Below, piece after piece: positions 57,926-64,000 of a stretch of 64,000 nucleotides of DNA. Source of the stretch: an uncultured Chloroflexia bacterium (GTDB taxonomy: Bacteria; Chloroflexota; Chloroflexia; QHBQ01; JADMIH01); contig CAWINE010000002.1 of NCBI GenBank assembly GCA_963837315.1, positions 458,505 to 522,504 on the forward strand, written 5' to 3'. A model generated the notes under the pieces. That model ran no database searches and was not told the DNA's origin. It was given only the letters and a program-made list of their open reading frames with translations. The position numbers and the translations under genes are program-made. Numbering within the stretch: the stretch's first letter is position 1; every line of letters starts with the position of its first letter.

Positions 57926-58806
57926 ATGAGGATTATTACTCTGAAGGCGCGGTTGGCAGTGTGCCTGGTCATTGTCTCGGTGATCCTGGCGGGGTGCGAT
58001 AGCGCCGGCCAGGGGACGCCTACACCTGCTCCTACTCCCGGGGCAGCCGGCGCTCAAAACGGGCAGGTGAAGGACCTGTCCCTTATCCTAGCGGACGGGC
58101 CCAACTTTCAGGACCTCAAGTCTGATTCCGTCGCTGTGAAGATTGACACCACGATCCCGGTGGTGTGCGCCGCTGCTTACGGGACTACCACAACCTACGG
58201 CCAGCTTTCCACCGACACCACCATGGCGGGCACCGGGCACACCAACCACCTGCCCGTGCTGGACGGACTCAAACCCGATACCGAATATCATCTGCGCTTA
58301 CAGGGCGTAGGGGCGGATGGCACTCTCTACCAGAGCAAAGACTACACGTTCCGGACGCCCCAGGCGCAACCTGCAGCGCCAAGCCGTCCGGAACGAACCT
58401 TGCGTTGCTATCAAATGGTGCGAAGGTGACAGGGGTGAGCAGCAACTACGGGGGTGGGGACAACACCGGCACTTATGGCGCAAACCACGCCTTCGATGGC
58501 GACCCGTCCACCGCTTGGTCGAGCAACGGCGACGGCAACAAGGCCTGGGTGGAGATAGAGCTTCCGCGCCAGGCCCATATCACGACTATCGGCTTCTGGA
58601 CGCGCACGATGGGCACGTCGGCGCAGATAAACTCTTTCCAGGTGGTAGCCGACAACGGCAAGACATTCGGCCCGTTCAAGCTGAACGACGCTACCGGGAT
58701 CCACTACTTCCCGGTCGACTTTACCGCGCAAAAGCTACGCTTCGAGGCCGTTGACACCAGCGGAGGCAATACAGGCGCTGTGGAAATCGAAGTCTGGAGC
58801 CCGTAG
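57926..58806 (+). pseudogene. Lipoprotein with an FN3-like domain and an F5/8 type C (discoidin) domain, one frameshift
   Basis: The lipobox is ILAGCDS, followed by LKPDTEYHLRLQG. After a shift near 58390 comes NHAFDGDPSTAWSSNGDGNKAWVEIELP...LRFEAVDTSGGNTGAVEIEVW. Confidence 0.7.
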
Positions 58807-58828
58807 AGCAGGTTCAGCCCACCTGTCA

Positions 58829-59033
58829 GGGAACAGAGGATTATGGGGGACACCCCCAAACCCCCGGCAGGGGAGCGCTCCTGCACCCCCTCTTTACTGG
58901 GAACAGAGCATTATGGGGACACCCCAAACCCCCGGCAGGGAGACCCTTGCGCCCCCTTCCCAACTTGGAGAATGGAGGGATTTTGGGGACACCCCCAACC
59001 CCCGGCAGGGGAGCGCTCCTGGACTCCCCTTGC
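58829..59033 (-). repeat. GC-rich dispersed element, copies D, E and F in tandem (reverse orientation)
   Basis: Three units of about 65-70 nt, each containing GGGGACACCCC(C)AAACCCCCGGCAGGGGAGCGCTCCTGCACCCCC or a close variant. Confidence 0.9.
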
Positions 59034-59110
59034 CCTAACAAGTGTCCTGATCCTGCACTAGGGAACTACGAATGCACGTCTATCTATTTATTGGCAATTC
59101 GTAATTCCCG

Positions 59111-61198
59111 TCAGTGGACGACAGCCCCTGCGCGTTGCGCTCCTGTGGGTTCATTCTCTCCGTCGTGCAGCACCAGGATAGGGAGGGTGAAGTAGAAAGT
59201 GGTGCCCTTGCCAACTGTGCTCGACACCCAGATACGTCCCCCCTGCGCCTCAACCAGCGCCTTTGCGATGGCGAGGCCAAGTCCCGTTCCGGCGGCTTCG
59301 CCGGTCTCGGCCTGATTTGTCCCTAACTTGCGCCCTTCGACCCGGTAGAACTTGTCGAATAGGTGCGGCAAGTGTTCAGGGGCGATACCCGAGCCGTTGT
59401 CGTCCACGCTGATAACCACTCCCCAGTCGCCATCGTAGGTGGCGCTCACACGGATGACCTCGGCCCCCGAATAGGTAGCGGCGTTCTGAAGCAGATTCAT
59501 CAGCACCTGTTCAACGCGGCGCGGGTCGGCCTCTACCATAGGCAGACGGTCGCTCACTTCACATTCGAACTTGATGCTGGGATAATGCAGGCTTATCCGG
59601 TTCACAACGTCTGTGCAAAATCGCCCCAGCAGCACGGGCTCAGCCGTGATGCGCAGCCGTCCCCCCTCGATGCGGGTCATCTCAAGGAGGTTCTCGACCA
59701 GCTCAGTCAGTTTGTCGCTCTCGTCGGAGATAATATTGAGAAAATCGCGGCGTGTCTCATCGTCCCAATCGGCGTCACGCGCCAGCAAGGTGCGCGAATA
59801 GCCTTTGATAGAGGCAAGTGGCGTGCGCAATTCGTGTGACACCATCGACATGAAATCGTCCTTCAGGCGGTTGGTCTCACGCAAGGCAGTTGTCTCGGCA
59901 GTCTCGGCGATCAAGCGGGTATTCTCGATTGCTACGGCCAGTTGGTCGGCCACTCCCTTCAGGATTTCAGCATCCTCATGGTCGAAGGCGTTCTTGCGCT
60001 CGCTCGTGAGCGTCAGCAGGCCAAGGCGTTTTTCGCCAAGCGTAATGGACACAAGCAACAGTGAGTTATAGTCCTTCGGTTGGCTCCCATGAGCTTGCGA
60101 ACTATCGTCCTCTAGGGCTGTGTGTTTGAGTTCTGTCCCTTCGCCTGGCTCCGGCCTTCCCTCGCCGGGTCGGGAGCCTCCGGGGCTATCGGTTTGAGTT
60201 CCGGCAGGCAGTGTCTGGGTGTTGCCGGATAGAAATATATCTGACTTGCCGAGCAATTGGAGCGACCGTTCGATATCGAGCCTGGCAGCGTTGACGGCGG
60301 CACCCGCCGAGGAAGAATAAACTGTGTCCAGCGCTTCGCCGGTTCGCTCATCGAGCAGCGTTATGCTTGCCCCATTATGCGAAACAATGCGATCTATGCC
60401 GCGCAAGGCTGTCTGGAACACCTCGTCAAGATCGAGCGCCGATTGGTTGACTGAGCGCGCAAGCTCGTTCACAACTTCCAGGCGAGCCGCTTTGCGCTGT
60501 GTGTCAACCAGCAGAACCTCGTTCTCGTTACTTTGCCGGACTATACGCTGCGACGCGGTGCGTACGATAGTAAAGAGGGATATGTAGAGGAACAGGAAGC
60601 CGAAGATAATGCTTCCCCACAAGAACTCGCTGGTGGCATTGATCTGCTGGCGCAGGGTCCAGATGTCGTAATAGCCTTCGAACACGCCCACAATATCAGG
60701 CTTGCCGCCCTGCCTGAGAGGTGTGTACACCTCCAGTAATTCGCCAAATCCCTTTTCATCGACGTTCTCGGCCTTATCGAGGCTCGAAATGTCGGCTGAC
60801 GTCAGGCCGTCGAACGCCTGGTTCAGCTCGTCGCTTGTAGGGAACTTCTGGCCTACAAGCGAGGGATCGTCCGAGTAAATGACTGTGCCGGAGCGATTTC
60901 AGATTTTCACTCGCACCAGCCCGGAACCGCCCAGGTTTGCCAGCGCCCCCTCAATGCTCGTATAGTCGCTGCCGTAGGCGCCATTTGCAAGCACGCTGTT
61001 AGTTATGCGGTCCCCGATCACAGGCGGCACGATGTCGCGCACGGCATCTCGCTGCTGCGCCAGCGCCTGCATCTCGAAGTAATGCGTGAGGCTATATCCC
61101 AGGATCGCGCCGATGGCAACCATCAACACCAATGTGAGGATGGAGAAGCTCGATAGCAGGGTGAACTTGAATTTGAATTTGCGTTTAAGTTTCGGCAT
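59111..61198 (-). pseudogene. Sensor histidine kinase (extracytoplasmic sensor, TM, GAF, HisKA, HATPase), interrupted by one in-frame TGA
   Basis: H-box MVSHELRTPLASIKGY, N-box LMNLLQNAATYS, and the G-boxes DDNGSGI and GTGLGLAIAKALV. The N-terminal part is ORF 60899..61240, with the start at MPKLKRKF. It is in the same frame as 59111..60730, and TGA at 60899..60901 is the only break. Confidence 0.85.
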
Positions 61199-61210
61199 CA
61201 GGTGTTTGCG

Positions 61211-61345
61211 AGAAATGAGAATCGTAGTACCAAGTACCAAGTAGCACCAGGCACTTCGTTTCTCACATCTCGTTTCTCATTTCTCGTCTCTCATTTCTCG
61301 TCTCTCGTCTCACGTCTCTTCCCTTGGTACTTGAAACTTGTACCC
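61211..61345. repeat. Heptamer-word spacer (GAAATGA, GTACCAA x2, TTTCTCA/TCTCGTC series, inverted CTTGGTAC)
   Basis: Read directly. The 3' end of the response-regulator ORF extends into it. Confidence 0.8.
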
Positions 61346-62021
61346 AAATCCCGGCTCCGACATGATGAATTTTGGATTAGAGGGATCAGGCTCCAATTTC
61401 TGACGCAGCGCCCTTATATAGACCCATAGGTAGCCGGTTTCGTCGCGATATTCGGGACCCCATACTTTCGATAGGAGGTCAGTATGGGGCACCACTTTGC
61501 CTGCCTGCTGGGCCAGTTGCTGCAACAGCTTATATTCGGTAGGGGTCAATCGTACCGGCTGGCCGGCGTACTCAACTTTGCGCTTCAAGAAGTCTATAGT
61601 TAGATCGCCCGCCTGTATCACATGGCTGCTCTCGTCTGCGCCCTGCAACTGGCTCCTTCTGAGCACGGCTCTTACTCGCGCCACCATCTCGTCGGGGTCG
61701 AATGGCTTGGTGATATAGTCGTCGGCTCCCAATTCCAGGCCGCGCACCTTCTGGCTCTGATCGCCCATCGCCGTCAAGATTATTATGGGCACATGCGACA
61801 CCTCGCGTATGCGCTGGGTGAGCGTGAAGCCGTCCATACCGGGCATCGTCACGTCCACCACCATCGCATCGGGCACTTCGGTGTCGAATTGCTCAAGAGC
61901 TGCAGTTCCACTCGAAGCCGTCGTGACGGCGAATCCTGACCCTCTCCAGATTGACGCGCACCAGCCTCAACAGACGTGGATCATCGTCCACGACCAATAT
62001 AGCCTGCTTGTTTTTCATCAT
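61310..62021 (-). pseudogene. OmpR/PhoB-family response regulator, one frameshift
   Basis: MMKNKQAILVVDDDPRLLRLVRVNLER, then after a shift near 61940 GFAVTTASSGTAALEQFDTEVPDAMVVDVTMPGMDG. The winged-helix C-terminus reads LTPTEYKLLQQLAQQAGKV...GFGYKF. Confidence 0.85.
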
Positions 62022-62059
62022 ATCTTAATAATACCACCATGGGTAACAGTGGGGGATCG

Positions 62060-62127
62060 AGAAGAAATAGAAATAGATCGTACCGTTGGTCGAAACCTCA
62101 GTTTCTAATTTCTCATTTCTCATTTTC
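62060..62127. repeat. Inverted GAAATAG/TCATTTC word arrays
   Basis: GAAGAAATAGAAATAGA ... TTTCTAATTTCTCATTTCTCATTTTC. Confidence 0.75.
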
Positions 62128-62244
62128 TTTAATGCCATCTTAAGGGCCTATCATGACCCCTTCAGGCGATTCTCAGGGAGGAGACGGTAGGATTATGGCG
62201 AACGACATTGCAGCAACAAAATCGCTAGAAGGGCGGTCATCGCT

Positions 62245-62865
62245 TTGAACACTTACACAACCGAACATCAAAATATGGCCTCGCTCCATATAATAGAGGC
62301 CCCGGTCGATCCGCAATCCGCAATCCGCAATCCGCAATCCGCAATCCGCCAGGCCGCCCTTCAGGCGATCTACGATGCTCATGTGGAGCAGATATACAAA
62401 TTCGTCTTTTTCAAAGTAGGCAACCGCGAAGATGCCGAAGACATCACGTCGCAGGTGTTTATGAAAGCCGCCCACTCGCTCGATATTACACAGCAGGAGC
62501 ATACTCAGCTTGCCTGGCTCTACCAGGTAGCACGCACTACTGTCACCGATCACTGGCGCAATTATTACCGGGGCATCACGTCGAGCCTCGATGCCCTGGA
62601 AGAGGAAAGCCCACAGCACCTGGCAGCCGAGCCCTTTCACGCAGATGCCCCGCAAGACGAGATGGTCGACCCGGCCATCGAGAAGGTGCGCGCCGTGCTA
62701 GCCCTGCTACCTCAAAATTACCGGCGTGTGCTTGAACTCCGCTTCCTTCAGGGCTGCTCACAAAAAGAGACTGCTGCCGCCATGCAAATCACCGAAGCAA
62801 ACGCCAAAGTAATACAGCATCGCGCTATCCAGAAGGCTCTCAAAGTGGGCGCGGGGATCGTTTAG
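62245..62865 (+). CDS. ECF-type sigma-70 family RNA polymerase sigma factor
   Basis: Region 2 reads YDAHVEQIYKFVFFKVGNREDAEDITSQVFMKA...DHWR. Region 4 reads LPQNYRRVLELRFLQGCSQKETAAAMQITEANAKVIQHRA. The start is a TTG at 62245 or the ATG at 62275. Confidence 0.85.
   Translation: MNTYTTEHQNMASLHIIEAPVDPQSAIRNPQSAIRQAALQAIYDAHVEQIYKFVFFKVGNREDAEDITSQVFMKAAHSLDITQQEHTQLAWLYQVARTTVTDHWRNYYRGITSSLDALEEESPQHLAAEPFHADAPQDEMVDPAIEKVRAVLALLPQNYRRVLELRFLQGCSQKETAAAMQITEANAKVIQHRAIQKALKVGAGIV
62311..62345 (+). repeat. CCGCAAT x5 heptamer tract inside the sigma-factor ORF
   Basis: Read directly. It is translated as PQSAIRNPQSAIR. The same word is used in intergenic arrays at 14958..15059. Confidence 0.9.
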
Positions 62866-62946
62866 TGCTTACTGCTTAGGCTGGGGGCTAGGGGTCAGTA
62901 GGACCACGAAGGAGCAGTAAGCAGTAAGCTAGCCCCTGACCCCTAC
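62866..62946. repeat. Heptamer-word spacer (TACTGCT, GGGGCTA, GGGTCAG then AGCAGTA, CCCTGAC)
   Basis: It uses the complementary word pairs seen at 861..967, arranged A' B' ... A B. Confidence 0.8.
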
Positions 62947-62964
62947 CTCGTCCGTCCCTCCTTT

Positions 62965-63005
62965 CATGCAACAAGGCCATCCAGCGGGGACGGCCTTGTT
63001 GCATG
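62965..63005. terminator. Hairpin after the sigma-factor gene
   Basis: CATGCAACAAGGCC atccagcggggac GGCCTTGTTGCATG gives a 14-bp stem. There is no U-tract. Confidence 0.45.
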
Positions 63006-63038
63006 CTCTCAAAACAAAACAAAGTTTCTGTTTTCCCC

Positions 63039-63067
63039 TTGACCTCGGCAAGCTTGCCAATTATAAT
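63039..63067 (+). promoter_or_regulatory. Near-consensus sigma-70 promoter
   Basis: TTGACC, a 17-nt spacer, then TATAAT. It lies about 225 nt upstream of the GTG start at 63294. Confidence 0.6.
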
Positions 63068-63293
63068 CAGGCTAGACTTGGCTGCCGCCCATCGCCATCG
63101 CCTTCGGTTTGCTGTTCTGGGCTTGGTAAGCAGTAAACCGCGTTAAAGGCTCATGACGTCCTCCCGGCTAAATCCTCGCACCCATTTCGGACGTAATAAA
63201 TAGTGTAGCTGGCTGACTATACAAAGGAGCACCCGCTCGTACCTTCATGGCACCAAGTCCTCAATCACCCATGGCACCCCAAGGAGGGAAAGT

Positions 63294-64000
63294 GTGAAAA
63301 AGAAAGTCTTCTGGTTAGCGACATTGATTACGCTCAGCACAATATTGACGGCCTGCGGCGGCGATGCCACCGCCACGCCACCGGCTGCGGCCACCGCAAC
63401 CACCGGCGCAGTGGCTGCACCCAGCGCCACTACCGCCTCAATTTCAGCCACCGACACGCCACCGGCTGCGGCCACAGCCACTACCGGCTCAACTACGGCC
63501 AGCACCCCGGCGCCTCAGGCGGCCAACGGCCTGTGGTGGTCAGCTCCAAGACTTTACTGAAGAGTTCCTGCTGGGCGAGATGTATGCCGATATGCTTGAA
63601 AACGCCGGTGTGCCTGTCACGCGCAAGATGAACCTGGGCGCGTCCGACCTGGCGCAGGCTGCTTTGCTCAAAGGTGGCGCGAGCGATGGTATAGATCTTT
63701 ACCCCGAATACACGAGCACGGGCCTAACCGATATCCTGAAGCAGCAGCCTATCTATGACCCACCGGCGGTGTATGCTGCTGTAAAGCAGGCATACGAGCA
63801 GCAGTTCAAGCTGACATGGCTGGACAAATCGCCCATGAACGACACCCAGGCGTTCGTGACCACGTCGGACGTCTCCACCTCGATGGGCATCAAGACCCTC
63901 GCCGATATGTGCGCCAAGGCAGGCCAGTTGCGCATCTCCACCACCCCTGAGTTCAAGACCCGCCCGACGCCTACCCTCGACTGGTGCAGGTGTACGGAAC
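63294..64000 (+). pseudogene. OpuAC-family (glycine betaine/choline type) ABC substrate-binding lipoprotein, frameshifted and truncated by the window end
   Basis: The lipobox is LTACGG, followed by an Ala/Thr/Pro linker with an internal duplication. After a shift near 63535 comes VVSSKDFTEEFLLGEMYADMLENAG...DLYPEYTSTG. A further shift lies near 63965. Confidence 0.75.

Noticed and set aside
60899-60901. TGA read as Trp, Gly or selenocysteine (alternative genetic code)
   Set aside because: Many well-defined genes in the window end at TGA at the expected position. I noticed no SECIS-like hairpin immediately downstream of it, and a redox Cys/Sec role at this sensor-domain position is not expected.

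Overview
GC-rich bacterial chromosomal segment. The protein content looks most like a Chloroflexota-type or related soil lineage, but that is inference only. I can support about 50 protein-coding loci of ordinary metabolism and transport. They include an HxlR regulator, an MFS transporter, two tandem KimA-type K+ transporters behind a proline dehydrogenase, and a Rad52-family protein. Also present are a GT2 glycosyltransferase, a Ca2+/Na+ antiporter, an M20 peptidase, ABC transporters, the pntAA-pntAB-pntB transhydrogenase and malate dehydrogenase. A run of three amidoligase genes sits next to an esterase. Further loci are DUF58, a truncated LarC, deoC followed by two aldehyde-dehydrogenase genes, three tandem secreted repeat proteins, ApbE with a ferric-reductase membrane protein, DoxX, a histidine kinase with its response regulator, an ECF-type sigma factor and an OpuAC-type binding protein. 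I recognised no rRNA, tRNA, CRISPR array, transposase or integrase. Three things stand out. (1) Almost every intergenic spacer is built from short tandem words, mostly 7 nt, often arranged as inverted pairs. Some form about 200 bp modular elements with terminal inverted repeats, resembling cyanobacterial STRR heptamer repeats. (2) A separate GC-rich element of about 65 nt occurs in six copies at three loci. (3) Roughly 50 frame changes interrupt otherwise well conserved genes and are strongly clustered, which looks more like indel-type consensus error than natural decay, though this cannot be settled from the sequence. Smaller items are a decayed toxin-antitoxin pair in a lower-GC island, an in-frame TGA in the kinase, a heptamer tract inside the sigma-factor coding start, and a 58 bp perfect palindrome abutting the HxlR start codon.
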